Source: Nitrospirota bacterium (GTDB taxonomy: Bacteria > Nitrospirota > UBA9217). Taken from it: a stretch of 64,000 nt of DNA. The translations under genes were made by a program, and so were the position numbers. This document shows, in pieces, positions 10,050 through 19,342 of the stretch. The notes beneath the pieces are model-generated. The model was not told the DNA's origin. It saw only the letters and a list, made by a program, of their open reading frames with translations, and did not search any database. Position 1 is the first letter of the stretch, and each line of letters opens with the position of its first letter. The stretch covers positions 96,001 through 160,000 of the forward strand of contig CAVVUN010000006.1 of NCBI GenBank assembly GCA_963751455.1, read 5' to 3'.

Positions 10050-10153
10050 ATTTTAGGATTAAACCTCTTGCGATTTATGCGCATCTTTGCGGCAAAATCG
10101 ACTTACACACTTTTTCGACTGGGCTAAAGTTCCTATGGGCACGGAACAAAAAT

Positions 10154-10188
10154 GAAAGGCTTAGAGGCATGTCGCCTCTGAGCCTTTC
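10154..10188 (-). terminator. Terminator hairpin downstream of the full-length rhodanese gene
   Basis: GAAAGGCTTAGAGGC...GCCTCTGAGCCTTTC about 35 nt past the TAA at 10223. Confidence 0.6.
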
Positions 10189-10222
10189 ACGTGTCAATGA
10201 GCACGCTGCGTCGCTACGGGAT

Positions 10223-11464
10223 TTAGTAGATCTTGTCTGCCTCGTTAATCTCATTCCCGGAAGCCGCGTACGCATCCACAATCGTCGGTGCTGTTACTTT
10301 CGAGGTGTCCGTCTGGTAGGTTATCAGTGCCATGATCGTCGAAAGGTCCATTCTCCATGGCGAATCAGCCGGCAGATTATACGTGCCGTTCTTGTTCATA
10401 TGATATGCAAGCTGCCCCATCCCGTACGAAGATGCGTCGTCTATCCTGGAACTGTTCCAGCCGAAGATACCGTCAGCAATAAAGAACGGCAACGCCGCTC
10501 TCACGCCGCCTGCTCAGGTGCTGTACAGCTTCTTGTCCTGGGTCAACCCGGCAGCCGTCCATTCGGCAAGCAGCTCGTCCCTGGTCTTTAATACCTGAGA
10601 GCCCGCACTGGCAAGTGCGATGGTCGCATAGGCATCGCCCACCGTCGTGCCTGCAAACTCCAGCTCATACGGCCTCCATACCGAATTGTTGTACCTGTAC
10701 GCAAACGCGTTTGTGAACGTCGGCGTAGGCCCGGTAACCGTAGCCGTCCATTCCAATTCATTCCGCGCGTCAATAATAACGCCGCCCGCAACATTCCCCT
10801 TGGCCACATTCATCATCTCATCAAGGGGAGCGCGAACCGCGTCCATATTGCCCGTCAGGCTGCTGACGCTGAATGTCGTGGCCGTAGGCAGAACCGGCAC
10901 TGCCGTCGAAAGCGTGTAGCCGGTCGCAGTCCAGACTGAATTGGCTGTCGTCGATTTCCCGTTCAGGACGAAGAGGCTGGTCTTAGGAAATCCCCAATAA
11001 CGGAAAGTCCAATAGCCCCTTGCCGACCATATCATATTGTCACCCGTAAAGACCACTGCGGTGGCGCTGTCTATTCCATATTTCTGGACAAAGCCATCCA
11101 TCTGGGGCCCGTCAGCCACCATCATCGCGACCATCATGGGGCCATCCGAGCGGGTTTTCGTAAGATCAGTGTTATAGCTCACGCTGTAAGCGCCTGCGAT
11201 GTGCCCGGCATTGTAATTGGTCGCAGAACTGCCGTCGAAAATGACAACCTTGTTGCCGTTGTCGTCCTTGTAGCCATTATCGATCCATGTCTTGAGTTGT
11301 TGCGGTGAAAGGAGAGAAGAGTGGGTTGCCGCGGCGCCCGAGTCGTCTTTTTTGCTGCTGCAGCCGTTCAGGGGAAAGGAGATAAGGAACAGAAGCATTG
11401 AAACTGCAGCGAATCGTACCAGGAACAGTTTTCGCTGCTTTGGATGACTATGATAATTTATCAT
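10223..11464 (-). CDS. Selenocysteine-containing tandem rhodanese lipoprotein (ExtH-like), Sec317
   Basis: ORFs 10514-11464 and 10223-10504 are in frame across TGA 10514-10516, giving LYST-U-AGGVRAA at the rhodanese active-site loop; YNAGHIAGA, IIDARN; lipobox LNGC; SECIS-like hairpin AGAGCGGC-GUU-GCCGUUCU. Confidence 0.85.
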
Positions 11465-11647
11465 TATGTCCTCCTTGTTTGCATGTGATTACCAATTGTA
11501 CCTGTGAAGTAACTTGACGAATCACCTCCCCTCTTTTTAAACTGCATTCAGAACTCGTCGATCAGATCCGCATTCCGATAAATTCCAACCCCCACATTCC
11601 TTTCAGCCCTCCTTTCACGTGCCCGGAATACGCCTGATACAAATGCA

Positions 11648-11662
11648 GCAATATGCGTACCA
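11648..11662 (-). promoter_or_regulatory. Sigma54 promoter of the Sec-rhodanese gene
   Basis: TGGTAC-GCATA-TTGC on the minus strand. Confidence 0.65.
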
Positions 11663-12042
11663 CAACTAACCTGTTGTTTCTTATAAGCGTGTCAATAATA
11701 TCTTGGCCCAAAAGAGACTTTTTTACTTTCAGTTGTCCCAAACAGAACAGTAAGGTGCCAGATCGATCAGTGGATACCAGGGTTTTGTTACCACATGAAT
11801 ATATAAAGATTATTTGTCGGCGGGCGGCCGTACCGAAAACTTCAGGAGAAGTTCGACCTTCTTCCGCAATTCAGCACATGCGGATTGACATTGTTTCAGC
11901 TGTAAAGGTTTTATGGCAACTTGTTCCAGTACTATTCTGTCGATTATTCGGTTATGAAAATGCGGTTAGAGTATGTCACTTTCACGTGGCAGACGAACAA
12001 AAAAGTGGATGCATGCAAAAGAGTGAAATGAAGTTTTGCAAC

Positions 12043-12714
12043 TCACTTATAGGCTACAAATAAGGCATAGCTTCCGACAACGTCCACAGAATATGTCACA
12101 AAATTTGCTGCTAATATCTTTTCAAGATCAGCAGCATTATCTTGCAGGTTGCTGAAAACCGAAAGCTTGTTATACAGGGGATTTGCATGCCGAAAGAGAA
12201 AACCAGCATCAACCTCCTGGCCGAGAACGGTAGCGCCAAAAAATACTCCGCCTTTATTCAGGAAACGATTAAGGTTCTTAAAAACGATTTCTTTGCATAG
12301 CATAGTGCCGGGAAGACAGTGGAGGAAATTCGCTGCGCCGATAGAATTGAAGAGCGGCATATCCTCAGGATAGGGCTCCAGCACATTCCAGTGATGAGCG
12401 ACAGGATGGTATCTGCTGATTCGGCCAGATGTCTTTTGCAAAGAATTAGTATTCAGGTCCATGAGGTGGACGACCGGCTGGGCGACCGGGAAGCGGCACT
12501 TGTCAAGAAAATAGCCGGAACCGACTCCTACATCGAGATGCTTAGCCGAGACATGTTTATTGTAAAGATCGAGTATCTTTTGAGCCGAACATTTAAAAAT
12601 GCACTGCATTTCGAAAATCAGGACTTCCCAATCATAGATAGACAAAAGGAAATTGGAGTAGACGGCGGCGCCTGCAATTGCTTCCTTTGAAGCTGGAATG
12701 TCTCTTTCGACCAT
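12043..12714 (-). CDS. Class I SAM-dependent methyltransferase (cassette-like)
   Basis: HLDVGVGSGYFL motif I, LMDLN, LHCLPG. Confidence 0.85.
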   Translation of the reverse strand: MVERDIPASKEAIAGAAVYSNFLLSIYDWEVLIFEMQCIFKCSAQKILDLYNKHVSAKHLDVGVGSGYFLDKCRFPVAQPVVHLMDLNTNSLQKTSGRISRYHPVAHHWNVLEPYPEDMPLFNSIGAANFLHCLPGTMLCKEIVFKNLNRFLNKGGVFFGATVLGQEVDAGFLFRHANPLYNKLSVFSNLQDNAADLEKILAANFVTYSVDVVGSYALFVAYK

Positions 12715-12735
12715 CTCTTCTCCTTTCCAGTTACG

Positions 12736-12795
12736 GATTAACGTGGAGGTGACACGCGGCGCTTCCCGCGACGATCTTGACCCGCATCGTTAGAA
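12736..12795 (-). other. attC-like integron recombination site
   Basis: Minus strand TTCTAAC...GTTAATC imperfect 60-bp palindrome directly between two cassette-like genes. Confidence 0.6.
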
Positions 12796-12808
12796 TCATC
12801 GTTGGGTT

Positions 12809-13525
12809 TCACTTCGTTCTACCCGAACTGCCAACTGTGGAAGCGATTGCAATAGGATTAAATCCTTTAACGATCAGCCATATTGACATAACCAGTTCTT
12901 GCAAGCCGATTGGAGGCGCAAAATAAACCATGGCCTTCATCAAAGGCATCGTACCGAATATATCAAACATGTGTAACAATGCACCTATTGACAAAAGTAC
13001 AGCTGCCCCAAAACCCCAACCCGATAACCATCGAGGAATGAGCTCGGATTTAAATAATAAATAGTAAAACAAAATAGCGCCTAAAGTATAAACGATTATA
13101 TAAAGCAGCGTGGCCCATTCAGTTCTTGCATGAATTGAATCACCCAAGACTTGGAAATAGGAATCAGACTGAGCCCCTGAGTTTATATAGTCCCGACTTA
13201 AATTGATAAGTGACAGTGAGTTGATTGCCAGAAAAATATGGAGAATGCCTTCGAGGAGTCTAAAAACAACATACCCAAGCGCTATTCTTTCATTAAATAA
13301 TTTAAAGAGGGGAAACAACATGATTGGAATCAGAACCATAGCGGGAGCACAAATGAAATCAAGTAGTATTCCTATTTTCACCGGAATTTTATTTGGAAAT
13401 ACTTTAACGATGTAGTCCGGAGCATTGAGAATAGGTTGGTAAATAGTCGAAGCTATAATATTAAAAATAAGCGCAATGAGAAATAATACCGCCACACTTA
13501 TGGCCGTTTTTCTGTATGTATTCAT
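12809..13525 (-). CDS. DUF4386-family membrane protein
   Basis: YRKTAISVAVLFL, IPRWLSGWG, WLIVKGFN; low GC. Confidence 0.85.
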   Translation of the reverse strand: MNTYRKTAISVAVLFLIALIFNIIASTIYQPILNAPDYIVKVFPNKIPVKIGILLDFICAPAMVLIPIMLFPLFKLFNERIALGYVVFRLLEGILHIFLAINSLSLINLSRDYINSGAQSDSYFQVLGDSIHARTEWATLLYIIVYTLGAILFYYLLFKSELIPRWLSGWGFGAAVLLSIGALLHMFDIFGTMPLMKAMVYFAPPIGLQELVMSIWLIVKGFNPIAIASTVGSSGRTK

Positions 13526-13686
13526 TTCTTTATCCTTACGTTTTGATTTGAATATTTTTTTCGGTAGCTCTCCATATCGCACTTTAAATCTTTCATAGAA
13601 TTCTCATCAATTTTGTCTACGATCATAATCCGAATAAGAGTCTTGGCGCTCTGAAAAGTTATTAGCACTCCATACTTCTTTTTATA

Positions 13687-14685
13687 TTAAAAAAATGCCT
13701 CACCCATATAATGCTTGCCGCAAGTGAGCCCAAAATGGTTGATGCCGTCTCTTAATACAAAGGCAATAACAAATACTAATGGATCCACCTCTTTCAGTGC
13801 GATTTTAGATGTGAGCGCAACACCATCGTCTCTTGTCCCCGATACTGCCCAATATTTACTTGAGCCTACTGCAGATGCAAAAAATTTTTCGTTCTCGCTC
13901 TGTGCCGTGAAATCTTTCGTGCTCAGTGTTATATCCGTTCCTTTTGAGGCAGCTCCTCGGAGTTCAATAACAACCAGCTGGTAGCCCTTTTTTGGAGTTA
14001 GAGTCAGGTTCCCTCCAGCGGTTGTGGATATTTTTTCCACTATATATGTCTTGGAAATTTTTAGGTTTAGCTGACTGAAGTCAACAGAATTTTCAGTATG
14101 CTGTTTAGTGACAACTTTAATAGGGACGCTATTGGCCCTATCAACGTTTTTAAGGCCCACGTCATACTTCATATTGACTATTTCTTTCATAGCTTCGTCC
14201 CTTGCCACAAGGGCAATATTGGGTCCCTTGATTCTTATAAAGTACGCGTCGTTCTTTGCCCTGGTAAAATCTCCCGTTTCTGGCGATTTTAAGTCTCGGT
14301 GCTCACTACTTGCATCTACTGCTGCTTCTCCCCCTGGTACCGATAAGTGGACAGGGGTCCCGGCGATTGTAATCGTATGAGGTCCCGGTGATACAGTTAA
14401 CGCGACGCAGGCCTTCTGCTTCAAATTTGCAACTATCTGATTGTCAGCTCTGACCGACCACGGAACTGCTGCACCGACCATGCTCGGCAATCTGTATACA
14501 TAAATGACTGCTCTATCCTTGTCTTCCGATGACACCTCGTAAAATGAGATATGACTCGAAGTGGTAGCGCACGCCATGAGAGTCAGTACAACCGTTAATA
14601 GCCCTCCCATCGCCAACACCCTTTGCAAGGAAAATATCCTTTTCTTTTTACCTCTCTTTGGTGATAAAGAATGACGAGTGGACAT
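13687..14685 (-). CDS. Hypothetical lipoprotein with DUF2846-like domain
   Basis: Lipobox LMAC; AVIYVYR...VSPGPHTI; ATG 14685 after AAGGAG. Confidence 0.65.
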   Translation of the reverse strand: MSTRHSLSPKRGKKKRIFSLQRVLAMGGLLTVVLTLMACATTSSHISFYEVSSEDKDRAVIYVYRLPSMVGAAVPWSVRADNQIVANLKQKACVALTVSPGPHTITIAGTPVHLSVPGGEAAVDASSEHRDLKSPETGDFTRAKNDAYFIRIKGPNIALVARDEAMKEIVNMKYDVGLKNVDRANSVPIKVVTKQHTENSVDFSQLNLKISKTYIVEKISTTAGGNLTLTPKKGYQLVVIELRGAASKGTDITLSTKDFTAQSENEKFFASAVGSSKYWAVSGTRDDGVALTSKIALKEVDPLVFVIAFVLRDGINHFGLTCGKHYMGEAFF

Positions 14686-14740
14686 GAGATCTCCTTTTCG
14701 AATGGACATTCTACATTCTCCGTGAGGGTGCGTGACGTCC

Positions 14741-14796
14741 AGAGAACGAGTTGGGTCTGGCGCGACCGTTCGTCGCACTCTACCCGAGTGGCTAGT
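14741..14796 (-). other. Degenerate attC-like site
   Basis: Minus strand ACTAGC-cactc-gggt...gcgac-gaacg-gtcgc...accc-aactc-GTTCTCT hairpin upstream of the lipoprotein gene. Confidence 0.35.
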
Positions 14797-15089
14797 CATT
14801 GTTAATGGTCGATGCTTAGCTTCTACAACCCGACCCAATAACGATACTGAGTAAGGTTATTATACGGGTCGGACCACGCTAAGCTCCTGGTTTTCAAATG
14901 ATATCGTTCCAATAATAGGCATTTTCAAGGCTTAAATCCATCTTTTCATGCCACAAAATCGGATTGTAAGGAGAGGGCACTCTCGTACTTCATAACTTCC
15001 ATCACGCTCAATACATCCCGGCCCTATGACAACGGTGTGTGATATGCCAAACATAACCGAGAATATAATGCCGATTTGCCCTTGCATCT

Positions 15090-16374
15090 GTGCAACATGC
15101 ACATGGGTTACATTTTAACCTGTGGACATGGGTTACACTTTTTTTAACTTAGGCTCCACTTTTCCGAGCTTGACGTCGAGTAAGCCGATAGGATGGAAAC
15201 CGAAGCGAATTTCGTATTTCCCATCGGCGGTCTCGATGAGGCCGACTCTCGCTCCGGCCAGGAGCTCGGAGATGAAGTAGTAAGTTCTGTTAAACCGGAT
15301 CTCGCCGTGAAGGCGGATCTTGCGGACCTTGATGCCATGATCGTACTCAGGTTCGCGGAGTTTTTCCGGGAACCTCCTGGGTGATGGTTCGTAAACGCTC
15401 GCGGGTGTCTTTTTATTGAGCGCCTCATGCGGGCGGTCGTAATTGTACTCGTGCCGGAACTCATCGAACCGGATTTGCTGCCGGTTCATGTCCGACTCGG
15501 GCGGCTTGGTCGTATCCTGTTTCAGGGTTCGGTGCATCCGCTCATGGCGCCCGTTCTGCTGGGGCTTGCCGGATTCTATCCGTTCCGGCCTGATACCGAG
15601 TTTGATGAGCCATACCGACAATCGGCTGAGACCCGTTACCCCGCGTCCGGCAAACGGCGTCCCGTTGTCGGTACGAATCGCTTCCGGCAGGCCGAACTCC
15701 CGGAACGCCCACTCGAACCAGGGCTGGGTGTCCGCATGGCAAGGGGAATAAAGGCCCTTGCACGTAAGCAGGTAACGGCTCATGTTGTCGGTGATGGTCA
15801 AGGGATAACACCATCGGCCGTCGCCTGTCTTGAACTGGCCCTTGTAGTCTGCGCTCCAGACTTTGTTCGGTGCATCGCAGGCCAGGAACGGCTCACTGTA
15901 TTTCGGCGTTTTCTTGCGCAGCCGCCGGTCCTTGACAAGGCCGTGTCGTTTAAGCCATTTCTCGGCGGTACAGACAGAGGGCCATTTGATCTGGGGCTCG
16001 TCCCGGTTTAAGAGGTCTAACAGCTTCTCGGGACCCCAGGTCATATGCAGCAGCTTTGCTTCAACCAGACGGTTGATGATTTCCTCATCGGTCTGGTTCG
16101 GGTGAACGATTGGAGCTCGGCAGAGCTCTTTCAGGCCGTCTTGGCCGAGACTGTCGTAACGCTCGGTCCACTTATAAATTGTCTTGCGGCTTACTCCGTA
16201 GATCACCGACAGATCGGTGATACTGTAGCCGTTAAGCCAGTCGGCTATTAGCTTTAAACGCTCTTCCATGGGCTCCGTCTTTCTCCAGGGCATAGGATGA
16301 TCCTCCTAGCCCTGCAGTTTAACGTGTTACCCATGTCCATAGGTTAGTTTGTTACCTATGTTAGCAGGTTGTAC
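15090..16374 (-). mobile_element. IS481-family insertion sequence
   Basis: Terminal GTGCAAC...GTTGTAC with repeated subterminal TGT(T/A)ACCCATGT boxes; flanked by direct repeat CATCT (15085-15089, 16375-16379). Confidence 0.85.
15133..16293 (-). CDS. IS481-family DDE transposase
   Basis: MPW start, HTH (SRKTIYKW), WSADYKG, IRTDNGTPF, PQQNGRHERMHRTLK. Confidence 0.95.
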   Translation of the reverse strand: MPWRKTEPMEERLKLIADWLNGYSITDLSVIYGVSRKTIYKWTERYDSLGQDGLKELCRAPIVHPNQTDEEIINRLVEAKLLHMTWGPEKLLDLLNRDEPQIKWPSVCTAEKWLKRHGLVKDRRLRKKTPKYSEPFLACDAPNKVWSADYKGQFKTGDGRWCYPLTITDNMSRYLLTCKGLYSPCHADTQPWFEWAFREFGLPEAIRTDNGTPFAGRGVTGLSRLSVWLIKLGIRPERIESGKPQQNGRHERMHRTLKQDTTKPPESDMNRQQIRFDEFRHEYNYDRPHEALNKKTPASVYEPSPRRFPEKLREPEYDHGIKVRKIRLHGEIRFNRTYYFISELLAGARVGLIETADGKYEIRFGFHPIGLLDVKLGKVEPKLKKV

Positions 16375-16425
16375 CATCTCGCTCCTCTCTTTAAAGCGAT
16401 CATTTACACATCAAAAAGAGGGTTA

Positions 16426-16466
16426 GGAGGTCATTGGGGTCATAGGAGGTCATTGGGGTCAAATCT
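16426..16466. repeat. RAYT-flanking GGGGTC repeats
   Basis: Tandem GGAGGTCATTGGGGTCA; inverted partner GATTTGACCCCAATGACCC at about 17490-17508. Confidence 0.7.
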
Positions 16467-16467
16467 T

Positions 16468-17448
16468 TCATGTTGACAGATTTCCCTCTAATCTAGCCAA
16501 TAGCGCTCGAACCTTTATGTCTTTATTCACTTTTTCATATAATCGCTTTCGCTCCTGGCTGACCGTGACATAGTCAACTGCAAATATCTGCCCGATCTGC
16601 GGACCTTTTAGTCCTCCTGCCCGGTACAGCAATTCCATTACGATTCGACGTAAGTCACCTTTTTCGATCTTGATGGCTTCGATATCCTTACCTGTTTCTT
16701 TTTTGACTTCTTTAAAAACCTCTTCTGTTGACCTATGACGATATATCTCACCTACTGCCGGCCGCTCCCGGTCCTTGGCTGCCTCTATGTAATTCTCCTT
16801 CACCCATGCAATAAACCCCTCTCCCCCCAGAATGCTTTGCCCAATCATGCTTTCTTTAAGCTCTGACTCTTGGGTCATCTCTGCATAGATCCGCTTCTTA
16901 TATTCTTTTCGACCCCGATACGTATCTCCACCGTATTCTCCTAGCACCATGGAGTAATCAACGTACCATTCCTTCTTTCTCGTACTTAAAAAGCCTGGAA
17001 GGCTGCTCCATCTATAACTGATGAGATATTTTATTCGCTCCGGTTCTGAAAGCTTTTTCAATGCTTTTATTTTAACGGGATTCAAATGAATGTAGCGGGA
17101 CAGAACGGAAAGATATTCGTTTTTATCCACGAGAACGCTCTTGTATCTTCCCTGGTACAGGTGTCCTACTCGGTTGTGACGACGGTTGTAATAACCCGTA
17201 TAGGTTATGTTAAACTTGCGCATGAACTCAGAAAGGTTGGCTTTTGGGGTTTCGAGCAGCAAATGGAAATGATTGGACATAAGAACGTAACTGTAAAGCT
17301 TGATTGAGAATATATTTATCGAATGAATCAGTATCTGAATAAACCGTTTCCGGTCGTCATCATCCTTGAATATATCCTGTCGTTCATTTCCGCGGCACGT
17401 AACATGGTATACAGCATTGGGGTACTGTATGCGGAGGGGGCGGGCCAT
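16468..17448 (-). CDS. REP-associated tyrosine transposase (RAYT, Y1/HUH) with C-terminal HTH
   Basis: MARPLRI, YHVTCRGN, YVLMSNHFHLL, GHLYQGRY, RYIHLNPV, YRWSS. Confidence 0.92.
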   Translation of the reverse strand: MARPLRIQYPNAVYHVTCRGNERQDIFKDDDDRKRFIQILIHSINIFSIKLYSYVLMSNHFHLLLETPKANLSEFMRKFNITYTGYYNRRHNRVGHLYQGRYKSVLVDKNEYLSVLSRYIHLNPVKIKALKKLSEPERIKYLISYRWSSLPGFLSTRKKEWYVDYSMVLGEYGGDTYRGRKEYKKRIYAEMTQESELKESMIGQSILGGEGFIAWVKENYIEAAKDRERPAVGEIYRHRSTEEVFKEVKKETGKDIEAIKIEKGDLRRIVMELLYRAGGLKGPQIGQIFAVDYVTVSQERKRLYEKVNKDIKVRALLARLEGNLST

Positions 17449-17553
17449 GTCCGAGTATGGCAGAAAGGAGTTAATTTATCAACATCGATGATTTGACCCC
17501 AATGACCCTTGCCCTACTATCAAGAACTATATTTACAATGCACTAGCTATTAC

Positions 17554-18198
17554 TCACGTACGTTTATTTTCTTTGGAATCTAATATTTCACTAATGCTTA
17601 GCGAAATCAAGCCCAATACCTGCAGCCAGATGAACCACGTATTCCAGAAAATCTTTTTATGTTTGATCATTATTTCATCGCTACGATAGTTTTTTAACAA
17701 TTTCTGGTAATTTTCGGATCTTGATTTGAATAGCTTCGCTTTCTCATGACGAATATTTTCTAATTTCTGGAGCTTATCTTCAAAGTTTATAACCCCATCA
17801 TTAACTATTTTATTTAATTCTATTTCTAATTTTCCCCAATCTTCTTCGCCTTCTGAAATTTCTTTGAGGCTATTATCCCATTTCTTTATTATTATTTTGG
17901 TTGTTTCAAATATTCTTTCCTCTATCTGATGCATAAGAGGAGAGCTTGTTTTGTGATTTAATATAAAATTATTTCGTTCAAATAGATCAAGACGTCTTTG
18001 AGTAAATTTATCATTAATTGTTGATAGGAATTGCATAGAAAGAAGTGCGTTGTTTTTATGAGATATTATTTTTTCATTTATATCTGAAAGTTCGTTGTCG
18101 ATATTGTAAATCTTGACAGTCAAAATAAGAGTGGCAAAAATAATTGCTAATGAACCTGATATTTTTAGCGGAATAATTATTTTTTGCATATTTCTCAT
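17554..18198 (-). CDS. Hypothetical low-GC membrane protein (gene cassette)
   Basis: Two TM helices, AT-rich, starts 8 nt after the attC core. Confidence 0.7.
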   Translation of the reverse strand: MRNMQKIIIPLKISGSLAIIFATLILTVKIYNIDNELSDINEKIISHKNNALLSMQFLSTINDKFTQRRLDLFERNNFILNHKTSSPLMHQIEERIFETTKIIIKKWDNSLKEISEGEEDWGKLEIELNKIVNDGVINFEDKLQKLENIRHEKAKLFKSRSENYQKLLKNYRSDEIMIKHKKIFWNTWFIWLQVLGLISLSISEILDSKENKRT

Positions 18199-18206
18199 TG
18201 TTATCC

Positions 18207-18261
18207 CTATAACGCGAAGGTCAGCCCCGCTTTAGCGTGGGGCTCGACCTTCTGGTTGGAT
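18207..18261 (-). other. attC integron recombination site
   Basis: ATCCAAC-cagaa-ggtc(g)agcccc(ac)gc-taaa-gcggggctgacc-ttcgc-GTTATAG; RYYYAAC core with extrahelical bases in the first arm. Confidence 0.8.
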
Positions 18262-18297
18262 CATGTTTAGTTCAGATTATATATCGGAGTACGACAT

Positions 18298-18909
18298 TTA
18301 TTTTTTCAAGATGGCGCTCTTGATAGGTGCGGCGTTCTTGGCGTCCGTATGTTCAGTTGTCATAGTTACATGTGTTTTTAAGTTAGTGGAGTTCTCTGTT
18401 TTAGTTGTTAAGTCGTGGTATAAGGTGCTTTGGCCAAAGGAAACGCCAAGAATAAAGACTGCGGCAAAGGCAGAAGAAACCCATAACCAAAATTTTAGAG
18501 AAGTATTATGATAAAGCCATTTAAGGGTTATTTTGTCAGGGTGGTCTAGTGACGCACTTTGAGTCGGAGAAATATTTACCTTTTTCGGATTGCACAGTTC
18601 TGGATTTCTTTTTAGGCGGGTGATAATTGAGTCAAGTACTGCGACAATATCTTCAACGCATTTATATGAGTAAGAACAATAAAACGGAGAATAGCCATTT
18701 GAATAAGTCATGTCAATAAGTGGTGAATACTGATTTTCTCCGATGGAATCATTTAACAGGTCTACTAATTCAATAACAAAAGAACGGAGACGCGGATCGT
18801 CGTCACGGTTCATGCTAAGACTATCGCGAGTGCGAGTGAATCTCTTCATGATATTTGTAAGCTCAGTACGATATCGCTCAAGTTCTTTTATTAGGTTTTC
18901 AGCTGTCAT
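18298..18909 (-). CDS. Hypothetical low-GC protein with C-terminal TM (gene cassette)
   Basis: Likely start MTAENLIKEL directly after an attC-like site; PDKITLKWL motif before the TM. Confidence 0.7.
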   Translation of the reverse strand: MTAENLIKELERYRTELTNIMKRFTRTRDSLSMNRDDDPRLRSFVIELVDLLNDSIGENQYSPLIDMTYSNGYSPFYCSYSYKCVEDIVAVLDSIITRLKRNPELCNPKKVNISPTQSASLDHPDKITLKWLYHNTSLKFWLWVSSAFAAVFILGVSFGQSTLYHDLTTKTENSTNLKTHVTMTTEHTDAKNAAPIKSAILKK

Positions 18910-18914
18910 TTTTT

Positions 18915-19001
18915 GACCCTCGGAATGTTGAGCCTCATCGTAGGCTCGAACTGCTGGTTGGACAATTCTAACAAGGGGATCACGAGCCCCCCTCGTTAAT
19001 A
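18915..19001 (-). other. attC-like site plus adjacent short AAC...GTT hairpin (attI/attC remnant)
   Basis: GTCCAAC-cagca-gtt(c)gagcct...aggctcaac with degenerate distal core; preceded by TAACgagggg...ccccttGTTAGAA. Confidence 0.5.
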
Positions 19002-19342
19002 CCGTAAAACCGTTATTGAACAGCCCCCCTGCATAATAACGGATTTGCGGTGTTATCTGGTTTAGCAATGATTATGCCACGCCGGTTCAATATTCTAGAC
19101 AAATATATTCTTGATTCACTGCGAAGTCAACGATAACGGTGGGGTATTTTAAGGGGATATCAGATATACGGAATGTAATCTGCTCGGTTTCAATGAAATG
19201 CAACTACAACAACTTCAGGAAGAAGTTAAGTTTACGAGGCTGCTATCATATGGGGATTTGAGAATAATGCCTGCTCAGGTGCTCTGATCATTGTTAATCT
19301 GCCTTCTGTTCCCAGCCGCCTGAACGCATGACCGAAGTATTT

